Part shown: positions 38,064 through 50,588 of the stretch, piece after piece
How the letters are laid out: each line of letters opens with the position of its first letter
Numbering within the stretch: the first letter of the stretch is position 1
Assembly (NCBI GenBank): GCA_963422735.1
Contig: OY730476.1
Coordinates: 1,184,001 to 1,248,000, forward strand
Direction of reading: 5' to 3'
Length of the DNA: 64,000 nt
From: Candidatus Latescibacterota bacterium
GTDB lineage: Bacteria > Latescibacterota > UBA2968 > UBA8231
Notes under the pieces: model-generated
What the model was told of the DNA's origin: nothing
The model's input: only the letters and a program-made list of their open reading frames with translations
Database searches by the model: none
Position numbers and translations under genes: made by a program

Positions 38064-39230
38064 ATGACGACATTGAAAAAGCTACTATACATCGCTCTCG
38101 CGCTTGGGTTACTCGTCCTATTATTTGCGATTTTCAACATCTCTGTTCCATCCCCAAACCCCCGCGGCGAATCCCTCGAAACCCTCCCCGAACTCGAACC
38201 ACCCAACACCCCGGTCGCCATAGAAACGATTCAGCACCGCACCCTCGTGCAGAAAATTACCTCAACGGGGATTTTTAAGGCCAAGATGGAGACCGCTATC
38301 GTACCCCAAGTAGCGGGCCAAGTGCGCCGCCTCAACGTCGAGGAAAGCCGCTTTGTCAGCAAAGGCGACACCATCTTAGAACTGGATGCGGGACGCTACG
38401 CTATCGCGTACCTACAGGCAAAAGACCAAATGACGCGGGCACTGCGGGAATACGCCTCCATAGCCTTGCTGAGCAGCCAACTGGACCGCGGGCACCAAGC
38501 ACGCGACCTCATCGAGACCAAAGCCGATAGCACCAACATCAACGATGTAGAAGCTCTGTCGCTGTTTGCAAACGGCACCCCCAAAGAATGGATCGCCAGC
38601 ACTACGGGCTTAACGCGCGCCCGACTCGACCTAAAGCAAGCCGAACTCGACCTCAAAAACGCAGTTGTTACAGCACCTTTTGCCGGCGTCGTAACCGAAG
38701 TGGAAGTAACCTTTGGCACTTGGGTCACCCAAGGACAAACCCTGATGCAGCTTTTGGCACTCGACCCGCTACTGCTCGAAGTCAGCATCATCGAAAGCGA
38801 ACTGCGCTTACTGCACGTGGGTGCTCAAGCAGCTATCGCGCTCCACGCATACCCTGACGACCAGTTTGCGGGCGCGGTCAAATCCATCAGTCCGGTAGTC
38901 GATAACGAGAGCGGGACTTGCCGCATCTTGATCCAAATGGATAACCCCGGCCAGCGCATCAAACCCGGCATGTTCGCCCGGCTCGAAATAGGCGTTAAAG
39001 CCTTTCAGCAGCGGCTGCTCATCCCGCGCGACGCGCTCCTAATCCGCGACGACCGCAAGCTAGTGTTCGTTCACCAAGACGGGCTGGCCCAATGGCGCTA
39101 TGTGAAGACCGGCCTTGAAAACGACGACTTTATCGAGATCACCGAAGGGCTAGAAGCCGGCGAAGAACTCATCGTATCCGGGCATTACAACCTAGCCCAC
39201 GATGCAAAAGTCGTGGTCGTCCAACGCTGA
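38064..39230 (+). CDS. RND periplasmic adaptor (MFP)
   Basis: N-terminal TM; VTAPFAGVV, IKPGMFA, GLEAGE. Confidence 0.92.
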   Translation: MTTLKKLLYIALALGLLVLLFAIFNISVPSPNPRGESLETLPELEPPNTPVAIETIQHRTLVQKITSTGIFKAKMETAIVPQVAGQVRRLNVEESRFVSKGDTILELDAGRYAIAYLQAKDQMTRALREYASIALLSSQLDRGHQARDLIETKADSTNINDVEALSLFANGTPKEWIASTTGLTRARLDLKQAELDLKNAVVTAPFAGVVTEVEVTFGTWVTQGQTLMQLLALDPLLLEVSIIESELRLLHVGAQAAIALHAYPDDQFAGAVKSISPVVDNESGTCRILIQMDNPGQRIKPGMFARLEIGVKAFQQRLLIPRDALLIRDDRKLVFVHQDGLAQWRYVKTGLENDDFIEITEGLEAGEELIVSGHYNLAHDAKVVVVQR

Positions 39231-39242
39231 GAGGATCGGCTC

Positions 39243-42200
39243 GTGCGTATCGTGCGTTTTGCCGTCTATCGGCCCGTAGCCACTACGGTTTGTTTTCTCG
39301 CCGCGCTTCTCTTGGGTTTGTACTCCCTTTTCCGGCTAAGCGTAGATTTACTCCCAGACATCGACATTCCCCGGCTCATCGTCCGCACGGACGCGCCCAG
39401 CCTAAATGCCCGCGATGTGGAAGAACATGTCACTCGCCCCATCGAAGCCTCCCTCAGTGCCATAAGCGGTGTGCGGCGACTCAAGTCCATCTCGCAAGAC
39501 GGCATCTCTTTTGTGGAGGTCGAGTTCAACTGGGGCAGCGACATGGACCTCAGCTTCATCAAGGCGCGCAGCAGCCTCGACCAAGGCCATCTGCCGCAAA
39601 CGGCCGGCCGCCCTACCATTCTGCGCTTCGACCCCTCGGCCGCCCCCATTATGACGCTCGTGATCACCGGCGATCGAGTCGAACAGCCCCGCTCCACCCG
39701 GGATCACCAGGCAGCCCTCATGGAACTGAAGGAAGTGGCGCAGGCCGTCGTCAAACGCCGGCTGGAGCAGATCGACGGTGTAGCTTACGTGCAGATCGCT
39801 GGCGGGCTAGACCGCGAGATTCAGATCCATCTCGACGCCGAGAAAAGCCTGCGCTACAACATCGGCTTTGCAGAGGTGGAAGCCAGCCTCAAGCAGTTTA
39901 ACATAACCCACTTCGGCGGCTCGATCCGCGACGGTTTTTCCCAGTTCCCTCTGCGCATCCAAGCCGAGTTCACCGACATACAACAAATCCGCCAAATCCC
40001 CGTGCAGCTAATGCCCCAACTGATCCGCTTACAGGACATAGCCCGCGTCGAAGAAGGCTACACGGAACGCACCGGCTACACCCGTTTGAATGGACACGAG
40101 GTCATTACTCTGTATGTGTTCAAGGAGGCCGGTGCTAACACCGTGGAAGCCTCCGAAAAAGTGTACGATAGCCTCTACCGCTTTTCGCAAGAGTACGCGG
40201 ACTTCGCCGTCGTGCCGGTTTTCGACCAAGCCGAGTTCATCAGTGAATCTATACACAATGTCCTACAATCCTTGTACTTGGGCGGCCTCTTTGCCTTTGT
40301 CATCCTCATTTACTTCCTCCGCGATCTTAAAAACCCGCTTATCGTAGGGCTATCCATACCTATTTCCATTATTACCACCTTTATCTGCATGTACTTCCTC
40401 GACATCCATTTTAACATTGTGTCGTTGGGGGGCCTCGCGTTGGGCATCGGCATCTTAGTCGATAACTCAATCGTCGTGCTGGAAAACATCTATCGCTACC
40501 GCGAAATGTCGCACGAGCCGGGCGAAGCCGCCGTGCGCGGCACCCGCGAGGTGGGCCTAGCCATCACGGCCTCAACCCTCACCACCATGTCGGTTTTCAT
40601 GCCCTTAGTGTATGTCAAGGGGATCGCTGGGGCACTCTTTTACGAGCAGGCCGTCACCATTTCCCTCGCTTTGGCGGCCTCTTTGATCGTGTCTATCATG
40701 CTACTTCCTATGCTCTCTGCCCGGTCTTGGAAAGCACCCAATAAATCGGGTCAGCTCTACCGCGTCGGGCGCGTAGCGGCCACCCCTTTCCTCCTCACCC
40801 TCGACCTCTTTCAATACCTGTTCGACAAGTTTTTCCTGCTGTACGAGTACGTCCTCGTCCGCGCCCTGCGCCATCGCTGGCAGGTCGTCGGAGCACTGTT
40901 TGCCCTGCTTGCGCTGAGTACTTATCTGGCCATCGGCCTAGAGCGGGAGCTCATACCCACCGTCGATAGGAAGCACTTGGTCCTCCGCGCCGAACTGTCG
41001 CCGGGGGCCAATCTGCCGACCACTGCGGCGGAAATAACCAAACTAGAACGCCGCCTGCTGCGCGAAGATGGCGTCGCGTCCGTGCTCTCGTCCATCGGCA
41101 TCACCCGAGAAATCCTCGACCGGCAGTACCGGCCCGGGCTGAACAAAGCGGTGCTGGACATCGAGGTTGCCGAGGGCAGCGAAAGCGCAAACGTTGCCGA
41201 GCGGATCGAAGCGGCCTTTGGGGAATTTGGCCGCCTAGCCCTCTCCCTGTCGCCACCAGAATCAGCCTTTGAGCAGCTTTTTCAGCAGCACCAGACCGAA
41301 TTCGACCTGAAAATCATCGGGCCGCAGCTTACCGTCCTCGCCGATTTGAGCCAGCGGATCACAGGTTTTATGCAGCAGGACGCGGGCTTTGCCAACGCTC
41401 GTGCCAACTTGCAGGCCAGCAAGCAGGTGTTCAATGTCGAGGTCCAGCGGGAAGCGGCTCTACAGTACGGCATCCGCCTCGCCGAACTCGCCGACTTTAT
41501 CAACCGCCAGCTACAAGGCAGTACGCCCACCCAGTTCGTCGATTTTGCCGATCGCATAGACATCAAGGTACGAGCCGAGCACCGCGATGAACTCGACTTG
41601 TGGCGCGTCCTCAACATGCAGTACCCACTCCGAACGCAGGGCCGCCTCGTCTCCGTCCCACTCTCCGAGTTGGTCCGCCTCAAACCCAGCGAGGGCTACG
41701 AAGCCATCCACCGCGAAAACCAAGCGCGTACTGTCGCCATCACGGCCGCCTTACAGGGTCTCGATTTTGCCCAAGCCAAGGCTCGGCTAAACGAATTCCT
41801 TCCCCAGCTAGCTATCCCCGATGGATACTGGATCGAGATCGGCACTCAGTACGCCGAGTTACAGGAACACTATCAAAACCTGTACCTCATTCTCTTTATC
41901 TCCATCGTATTGGTCTATTTCATTCTCGCCGCTCAGTTTGAATCCCTAGCCGTTCCTTTTGTAATCGTCGTGGCCGTGCCCCTCGCGTCCATTGGGGTCG
42001 TCTGTACCCTGTGGCTAACGGGCAACACGCTAAACATCATGTCCTTGTTGGGATGTATCGTCCTCGTGGGAATTGTGGTGAACGATTCCATCGTCAAAAC
42101 CGACTTCATTCACCGACATTACCGAGCCAGCGGCGACCTCGGCCAAGCCATTGTGGAAGCCGGGCAAAAGCGCTTTCGCCCCATATGCATGACCACCTTG

Positions 42201-42365
42201 ACGACGGTCTGTGGCCTGCTGCCCATGGCCATATCTAGCGGCAGCGGTGCCGAGTTGCGCCGTCCCTTGGCTTGGGCAGTTGTTGGCGGCATTTCTCTAT
42301 CAACCCTGTTGATCCTGATCGCCGTTCCCATCCTCTACTCGGTCGTTGCACGGGCGAAAGACTGA
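39243..42365 (+). CDS. RND permease subunit 1
   Basis: VDLLPDIDIP, GILVDNSIVVLENI, GIVVNDSI, RFRPICMTTLTT. Confidence 0.95.
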   Translation: MRIVRFAVYRPVATTVCFLAALLLGLYSLFRLSVDLLPDIDIPRLIVRTDAPSLNARDVEEHVTRPIEASLSAISGVRRLKSISQDGISFVEVEFNWGSDMDLSFIKARSSLDQGHLPQTAGRPTILRFDPSAAPIMTLVITGDRVEQPRSTRDHQAALMELKEVAQAVVKRRLEQIDGVAYVQIAGGLDREIQIHLDAEKSLRYNIGFAEVEASLKQFNITHFGGSIRDGFSQFPLRIQAEFTDIQQIRQIPVQLMPQLIRLQDIARVEEGYTERTGYTRLNGHEVITLYVFKEAGANTVEASEKVYDSLYRFSQEYADFAVVPVFDQAEFISESIHNVLQSLYLGGLFAFVILIYFLRDLKNPLIVGLSIPISIITTFICMYFLDIHFNIVSLGGLALGIGILVDNSIVVLENIYRYREMSHEPGEAAVRGTREVGLAITASTLTTMSVFMPLVYVKGIAGALFYEQAVTISLALAASLIVSIMLLPMLSARSWKAPNKSGQLYRVGRVAATPFLLTLDLFQYLFDKFFLLYEYVLVRALRHRWQVVGALFALLALSTYLAIGLERELIPTVDRKHLVLRAELSPGANLPTTAAEITKLERRLLREDGVASVLSSIGITREILDRQYRPGLNKAVLDIEVAEGSESANVAERIEAAFGEFGRLALSLSPPESAFEQLFQQHQTEFDLKIIGPQLTVLADLSQRITGFMQQDAGFANARANLQASKQVFNVEVQREAALQYGIRLAELADFINRQLQGSTPTQFVDFADRIDIKVRAEHRDELDLWRVLNMQYPLRTQGRLVSVPLSELVRLKPSEGYEAIHRENQARTVAITAALQGLDFAQAKARLNEFLPQLAIPDGYWIEIGTQYAELQEHYQNLYLILFISIVLVYFILAAQFESLAVPFVIVVAVPLASIGVVCTLWLTGNTLNIMSLLGCIVLVGIVVNDSIVKTDFIHRHYRASGDLGQAIVEAGQKRFRPICMTTLTTVCGLLPMAISSGSGAELRRPLAWAVVGGISLSTLLILIAVPILYSVVARAKD

Positions 42366-42366
42366 C

Positions 42367-45300
42367 ATGCACAAGCTGCTGGACAGGCCCGTGGCCGTGG
42401 GCGTAGCCGGGGTGGCGGTGTTGGTGTTGGGGCTAGTTTGTTTTCGGCTGGTCCCAATTGACATCGGCGGCCAGCTAGACGCCCCTCGGCTCACCGTGAG
42501 CGTTGGGTGGCCCGGAGTTTCGGCTTTTACTATTGAATCGCAGATTACTGCTCCCTTAGAGTCGCTTGTGCAGAGTCTGCAGGGCGTGGTCCTGCTGAGC
42601 TCCACTAGTTCCAAAGGACATGCGTATATCACCGCTGAATTCGCCCCCGACACGGATATACAACTAGCCGAGCTAGCGCTAGCCGAAAAGATATATTCGT
42701 TCCGCCGCCAAATGCCGCCCGGTGCTTCGCCGCCCCGCGTTCAGCACACCGATCCCGATCAGCTAAACAACCCGAATTTCGTCCGTTTAATGCTGCTTGG
42801 CCGCGAAGACCCCGCGGTCCTGCGCCGATATGCAGACGACCGATTGCGGCTGCCCTTGCAATCCGTGCCGGGCGTCGATCAGGTGACCGTGCGCGGCGGT
42901 GCCCAACAACACATCCTCCTCGAAATGAACCACCTCTTGGCACAGCGCTGGCAAATCGACCAAGGGGTGCTGAGCCAAGCGCTAGCCGCCCAAGGCATAC
43001 AGACCCGTTTCCTCGGCGCAGCACAAAGCCAAGGCGCACTCAGCAGCATCCAGCTTCACGGCAATCTCGCAGGCTTGGAGACCCTTGGGCATGCGCCGAT
43101 CAAGAGGCTGGCTAGTGGCCGCTTCATTTACCTAAAGGACGTAGCGACCGTGCGCTACCAGCCCGGCCCTCCGTCGGCTCTCTACCGGATCAACGGGCGC
43201 AATGCCATTGCCATCCAATTTGAAAAAACGCCCGGTAGCGACATGGTACGCACCTCCCAGCAGATCCGGGACAAGGTAGCCGAACTCACCCAGCAGCTAC
43301 CCGAGGGCTTTGAGATCGTCGCGCTACACGACAAGGGGGCCGAGATAGAGCAGGACTTTCGCTTTCTGCTGCGCTGGTCGGCGTTTTCCATTGCCTTTAT
43401 TGCGTTGGTGCTGGTCGGCGTTTTCCGGCGTTTCCAAACGGTCTTGCTCATTTTGAGCTCTATATGGCTGTCCGTCTTGGGGGCGATTGTGGTGTTCTTC
43501 GCCCTCGGCATTCACCTAAACCTCGCTACCCTCGCCGGTTTCACCATCGGTTTTGGTCTGATCGTAGATAACGCCATTGTCATCTACGACTATCTCCACC
43601 GCCGCGCCCAATCCTGCGGCCCCGGAGGGGATTTGCGGGCGGCTGTAGCCGCGGGGTTACGCGAAGGGGTTCATCCCATCGCGGTGTCTAACCTGACCAC
43701 CTTGGGGGCTTTTCTACCAGTTTTTTTTCTTTCCCGAGAATTACAGGGCTATTTCGAGCCGTTTGTGGTTGCCCTAGGCCTAACCCTCACCATTGCCCTC
43801 CTAGTCGCCCTCACCCTGATCCCGACCTTCTTCTACCGGACGGTCGCACGGTCGGCTCGCGCCCCGGTTGCACCCACAGATCGCTTCTACCGCTTGTATC
43901 GCACGGTCCTCTTTTTGTGCGTCCGCCGCAAAAAAATGTTCCTCGGTTTGGTCGCGTGGACAGTGGGCGTACCGCTGTGGCTATTACCGGACAAGCTAGG
44001 CGACGAGCGGGTTGTGCAAGCCACACCAGCCGACAAAATTACCACGCGACAACAGTACAAAGCATGGCTCGCGACGAGAGATACAACCACTTCGTCTAGC
44101 TTATTGGGCAATGCGATATTCACGTCCAAACGCTCGCAAGAGGACCAACCGATCTGGGAGCGGCTCCACGCCGACGGAGCCGACCTTTACGACCAAGTGT
44201 GGGGCAACCCCATAGTGAGTGCGATCAAGCCAGCACTCTTCAAGGTGTTTGGCGGGGCCACGTACTTTTTATTTAGCGACCTATCGCACCGGCTCAACCG
44301 GCGACCTCCCCGGTACTTTCTCCAAGAACTCTCAGAGGGCTTTTCGCTGATTGTCACTCTCCAGATGCCTTATAACGCCCACATAAGCAGGATGGATAAA
44401 ATTTTGCGGGATGTCGAAAAACAACTGTTCAACTTCGCGCCGTATATCGAGGGCATCATTACCCAAAGTTCGGGCCAGTACGGGCTTATTCAGGTACTGC
44501 TAAAGGAAGAGTACCGCACCTCGGATATACCATACATCCTCTACGAGCGTTTAGCGGCTTATGAGGGCAATATCGGCGGCGTGGGATTCTCCGTATATGG
44601 TAAGGGGCTAGATGGACTTGGCAAGCGTTTGGGAGGCAGCCGGAGTGTCTCCGACCAGTTGAGTATCCACGGGTTCAACTTTGGGCAGGTAGGCAACATT
44701 GCCGAAGATATCGCCGATCAGCTAAGGCAGCGTCGCTCGCGGCGGATTAAGGACATTCACATCGACTTTGCCTACGGCCCATCCCAGCGCGAAATAGTGG
44801 CCCAGTTCGACCACACCAAAACCGCGCTCCTCGGCCTCGATCACGCCGACATTGTCCGTGAGATCCAAAATCGGCTCGCCGTCAGTACCGCCCTTTCGCA
44901 CGTGTATGTGGATGGGCAACAATACGCCGTAAGCGTCGCCGATACCGGAGCCAGTCGCATGACTGCCCGCCGTCTCAGCCAAGTCGCGTTAGATGCACAC
45001 CCAGCGCGTATCGGGCACGTCGCACATATCGAGAAACGAGCCGTGACGCCCAGCATAAAACGCGAAGATCAACGCTACATCCGCACCATTGGATTCACGG
45101 TCTTGGGAAGCTATTCTTATTCCAACAGCATCCTACAAGGCATCGTCGACTACACGCCTCTGCCGTACGGTTATAGCCTTTCCAATCCCATGATATACGA
45201 AATGGACAAAAAGGAGCAGCGGGAACTAGGGGGCATCGTGCTTTTGGCGGTTCTCTTGGTCTGGATGATCGCCGCCGCGCTCTTTGAGTCTTGGACCCAG

Positions 45301-45714
45301 CCGCTATTGGTGCTTATTGCCCTGCCCCTCGCGCTCATAGGGCTAGGGGCCGCGCTCTTCCTGTTCGATGCCCCTTTTAACCAAGGCGGCTACGCGGCCT
45401 TGTTGCTGCTGATGGGCATTGCCGTCAATAATTCCATCCTGCTGGTGTACACCATCTCCAACGCCTTGAAGCGGCAACCAGCCAATCCCACCGAGGCGAT
45501 TGCCAACGCGGCCTTCCAACGCTTGCGCCCCATTTTCATCACCACCCTTACGACCATCGCCGGCTTCCTGCCCATGTTGCTGCAAGGGGATCGCACCGAC
45601 TTCTGGTACACCCTAGCCTTGGGGACCTCGGGGGGCCTAGTATCCTCGTCCGCATTGCTAATACTAGTAGTGCCACTGTGTGCAATCTGGCGCACCGTAG
45701 GAATTAGGAATTAG
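42367..45714 (+). CDS. RND permease subunit 2 (divergent, with insertion)
   Basis: ITAPLE, GLIVDNAIV, GIAVNNSI, RLRPIFITTLTT. Confidence 0.92.
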   Translation: MHKLLDRPVAVGVAGVAVLVLGLVCFRLVPIDIGGQLDAPRLTVSVGWPGVSAFTIESQITAPLESLVQSLQGVVLLSSTSSKGHAYITAEFAPDTDIQLAELALAEKIYSFRRQMPPGASPPRVQHTDPDQLNNPNFVRLMLLGREDPAVLRRYADDRLRLPLQSVPGVDQVTVRGGAQQHILLEMNHLLAQRWQIDQGVLSQALAAQGIQTRFLGAAQSQGALSSIQLHGNLAGLETLGHAPIKRLASGRFIYLKDVATVRYQPGPPSALYRINGRNAIAIQFEKTPGSDMVRTSQQIRDKVAELTQQLPEGFEIVALHDKGAEIEQDFRFLLRWSAFSIAFIALVLVGVFRRFQTVLLILSSIWLSVLGAIVVFFALGIHLNLATLAGFTIGFGLIVDNAIVIYDYLHRRAQSCGPGGDLRAAVAAGLREGVHPIAVSNLTTLGAFLPVFFLSRELQGYFEPFVVALGLTLTIALLVALTLIPTFFYRTVARSARAPVAPTDRFYRLYRTVLFLCVRRKKMFLGLVAWTVGVPLWLLPDKLGDERVVQATPADKITTRQQYKAWLATRDTTTSSSLLGNAIFTSKRSQEDQPIWERLHADGADLYDQVWGNPIVSAIKPALFKVFGGATYFLFSDLSHRLNRRPPRYFLQELSEGFSLIVTLQMPYNAHISRMDKILRDVEKQLFNFAPYIEGIITQSSGQYGLIQVLLKEEYRTSDIPYILYERLAAYEGNIGGVGFSVYGKGLDGLGKRLGGSRSVSDQLSIHGFNFGQVGNIAEDIADQLRQRRSRRIKDIHIDFAYGPSQREIVAQFDHTKTALLGLDHADIVREIQNRLAVSTALSHVYVDGQQYAVSVADTGASRMTARRLSQVALDAHPARIGHVAHIEKRAVTPSIKREDQRYIRTIGFTVLGSYSYSNSILQGIVDYTPLPYGYSLSNPMIYEMDKKEQRELGGIVLLAVLLVWMIAAALFESWTQPLLVLIALPLALIGLGAALFLFDAPFNQGGYAALLLLMGIAVNNSILLVYTISNALKRQPANPTEAIANAAFQRLRPIFITTLTTIAGFLPMLLQGDRTDFWYTLALGTSGGLVSSSALLILVVPLCAIWRTVGIRN

Positions 45715-45806
45715 CCGCTGTTTTGCACTGCTGGTAGATCGGGCTCGCGCTCGCGTCGTCGGTTTTATATTCGCGTTGGACCCGACGAGGGCCTTCAGAA
45801 GGCTGC

Positions 45807-45940
45807 TTAGCCCGCTAGTAGTTGCAGCACTATTTCCATGTTCAAGAGCACCGCATCTTCTTCCCGCTCCAGAAACGGACGCACATCGGCGCTACCCGAT
45901 TCCATGCCAGCGCGCGTAGCCGGCGGCTGATCGCGATCCG
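45807..45940 (-). pseudogene. Possible C-terminal remnant of an AbiEii-type nucleotidyltransferase toxin
   Basis: RRLRALAWNRVA / ADVRPFLEREEDAVLLNMEIVLQLLAG* across a frameshift. Confidence 0.45.
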
Positions 45941-46048
45941 CTATGTCCGCGATCGTACGAGATCGAATCGCCTTCAAGTGTAAACAGAGTAGCGCGGCAG
46001 CACAGAGAGGAAGCGCAGACCAGTGATTAGCGGATAGCCCCCCCGTGA

Positions 46049-46112
46049 ACTAACCACTGATCACTAACCACTGATCACTAATCACTAACCACTGATCACT
46101 AACCACTAACCA

Positions 46113-46115
<3 letters not shown>
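46049..46115. repeat. Tandem heptamer repeat ACT(A/G)A(C/T)C x9
   Basis: Direct reading; abuts the acs stop codon; inverted copy CAGTGATTAG at 46021-30. Confidence 0.95.
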
Positions 46116-48068
<1,953 letters not shown>

Positions 48069-48115
48069 GCGAGCTAACTCCTCATTAGGGTGGAAATGGC
48101 CGTCAATAGCGCAAA

Positions 48116-48901
48116 CTACTTACCGCCGGCCACCGGCGGCAAGGGCCACTCGTCGCCAGCCATGAAGCCACCATCGACGTAGATGCACTGGCCGGTGACG
48201 TAATCCGAGGCTGGCGCAGCGAGGAAGACGGCTGTGCCGATCAAGTCTTCGGGCGTCCCCAAGCGATTGAGCGCGACCCGCCCCTCGCCCCAAGCCCGCA
48301 TGGTGTCGTCGGCCCATATCTTCTCGGTGAGCGAGGTGAGCACAAAGCCCGGGCAGATGGCGTTGACTTGGATATTGTGTGGCCCGAACTCAATGGCTTG
48401 GCCCTTGGTGAGCTGGCCAACAGCCCCTTTAGTCGCGGTGTACACCGACACGTTGGCGAGGGCGTAACCCGTGGTCAGCGAGCCAATGTTGATGATCTTG
48501 CCGCCTTGGCCGCGCTCGATCATCTGGCGGCCAACCTTCTGGCTGAGGAAGTACAAGCCCTTGAGGTTGACGGCCATGATTTGGTCGTAGTTTTCCTCCG
48601 AAACCTCGACGATGGGCTGGCGAATATTCGTGCCGGCATTGTTGAACAGGATGTCTATGGGGCCGCATTGCTCCAAGGCCGCGTCCATGCCCGCTAAGTC
48701 GGCCATGTCCAATTCAACCGCGCCAGCTTTGCCGCCGGCGGCCTCAATGGCGGCGACGGCTTCGTCGAGCTGGCCGCGGGTGCGAGCGGCGCATAAAACC
48801 GTGGCTCCGGCTTCAGCCATGCCCGCGGCCACCCCGCGGCCAATGCCGCGACTGGCACCGGTGACGAGGGCGACTTTTCCCGCTAGCGAAAATAGATTCA
48901 C
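48116..48901 (-). CDS. SDR oxidoreductase (gluconate 5-dehydrogenase/KduD-like)
   Basis: [17 protein letters not shown]; GTG start after AAGGAG. Confidence 0.9.
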   Translation of the reverse strand: MNLFSLAGKVALVTGASRGIGRGVAAGMAEAGATVLCAARTRGQLDEAVAAIEAAGGKAGAVELDMADLAGMDAALEQCGPIDILFNNAGTNIRQPIVEVSEENYDQIMAVNLKGLYFLSQKVGRQMIERGQGGKIINIGSLTTGYALANVSVYTATKGAVGQLTKGQAIEFGPHNIQVNAICPGFVLTSLTEKIWADDTMRAWGEGRVALNRLGTPEDLIGTAVFLAAPASDYVTGQCIYVDGGFMAGDEWPLPPVAGGK

Positions 48902-48970
48902 AACATACTCCTTTTTGTTTGAGGTTGCGTTGGTTAATGATAATCGGGGGCGGCGTACCAGCAAGGCTTT

Positions 48971-49918
48971 TCAGGCGGGTACGGAAGCGATTAGGTACGC
49001 CAATTTTTCGCCTCCCAGCGGCGCGACCTCGCAAGTGCGCCCAGCCGGTACCAGCGCGGTCCCGCCTGTGCCCAAGACCCACTCGCCCACGCACGCCCGA
49101 CCACCGACGACCGTCAGCGCCAAAAACGACTCTTCAGCCCGATGCTCGGCCCGGCCGCTGTCTAAGCCACAGCCGCGCAGCACAAAGTGCTCGGACTCTA
49201 CCAGCACTTGCCCCCGCAGTACAGGATGCGACCTTGGTCCGGGCAGGCGTTGGGCAAAGTCGATGACCTCGAGGGCCTGCTCCCAGTGCAGGGCGCGTGG
49301 CCGGCCGTAGTCGTACAGGCGGAAGGTCAGATCGCTCGCTTGCTGCACCTCGTATAGGACGACTCCCCGGCACAGGGCGTGTACCGTGCCCGGCGGCAAA
49401 AAGAGCACGTCCCCTTGCGCGACCGGGTAAAAGCGGACGACCTCGGCGATGCGGTTGGCCATGTGCGCGGCGACAAGCTCCGCACGGCCCACACCCTCGG
49501 CCAGTCCGCAAGCCACGCGGCCGCCATCTGACTGCAGCACGTACCAAGCCTCCATCTTGCCGCTGTCGGCCAACCCATTGCGCCGGGCGTACTCGTCGTT
49601 GGGATGCACTTGGATCGACAGGTCTTGCTGGGCATCGAGGAGCTTGACTAGCAGGGGGAAGCGCCCGCCGTAGCGCGCCCACACCGCCGCGCCAACTAAG
49701 TCGGCGCGGTGCGTTTCCATCAACTTGCGCAGCGAACGACCGTCCGCCGCCCGGCTCTCGCGGCCCTCGTACGCCGACAACTCAAAGGACTCCCCAATAG
49801 GCACCTCGTCGGGTAGGGCCTTGCCGTAAAGCGCGGCTAAGCGGCGTCCACCCCACACCATCTCCCGGTAATAGGGCGTCAAGGGAATGACATCGGGCAA
49901 TTTATTCATATATCGCAT
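48971..49918 (-). CDS. manA: Mannose-6-phosphate isomerase, class I
   Basis: VWGG, PLLVKLLDA, LSIQVHP, KMEAW, GTVHA, EVQQASD.T.R.YDY. Confidence 0.92.
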   Translation of the reverse strand: MRYMNKLPDVIPLTPYYREMVWGGRRLAALYGKALPDEVPIGESFELSAYEGRESRAADGRSLRKLMETHRADLVGAAVWARYGGRFPLLVKLLDAQQDLSIQVHPNDEYARRNGLADSGKMEAWYVLQSDGGRVACGLAEGVGRAELVAAHMANRIAEVVRFYPVAQGDVLFLPPGTVHALCRGVVLYEVQQASDLTFRLYDYGRPRALHWEQALEVIDFAQRLPGPRSHPVLRGQVLVESEHFVLRGCGLDSGRAEHRAEESFLALTVVGGRACVGEWVLGTGGTALVPAGRTCEVAPLGGEKLAYLIASVPA

Positions 49919-50078
49919 TCGTCTTTTTGCTTGCCATTAAAGTATAGGACGACCGGGGCGAGACAATACTAGGGAAGGGATGCCGCTTTTTACCGGCGAG
50001 ACCGCTAGCTTGACATCAAGCGCATCTTCTCGTTCAATGGAACCGGATGTTATCCACTTTCACCAGAGAATAGATGCC

Positions 50079-50558
50079 ATGAAAAATATTACCATCGCCT
50101 TTGATGAAGAGATGATAAAGGCAGGACGAGCTTATGCTCAAAAGCACAATACTTCTCTAAACGACCTGATCCGCACCTTACTAGAACAGACGGTTATGCC
50201 GACCTCAAAATACTGGCTCGATGACAGAAGGCGTGTCGCACCATCCTCGAACAATTGCAGGACGAGAATAGAGCCGTCATTTCTACTCAGATAATTCAGG
50301 AGTTTTTCGTAGTAGCGACTCAAAAACTGGACGTTGATCCCTTAAAGGCCAAGAGCATATTGCAGGCTCTGGAGAATCTCGAAGTGGTCGCCGTATCGCC
50401 TGCATCGATCTACGAGGAGTTCAGCGAACCGGATTTCCTTTTGGGATGCTCTGGTGCTAGTCTGCGCCGAAAGTGTCCGATGTGCTCAGGTCTTGAGCGA
50501 AGGTCTAAACGATGGACAAGTTATTAGAGGAGTCGAGGTGCGGAATCCATTCACCTAG
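50079..50558 (+). pseudogene. Fused remnants of an antitoxin (DUF6364-like) and a PIN toxin
   Basis: MKNITIAFDEEMIKAGRAYAQKHNTSLNDLIR; ISTQIIQEFF; ISFWDAL..GQVIRGVEVRNPFT* in shifted frames. Confidence 0.7.
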
Positions 50559-50588
50559 CAGTGGCAGAACCTATGACACCTGCTGACT

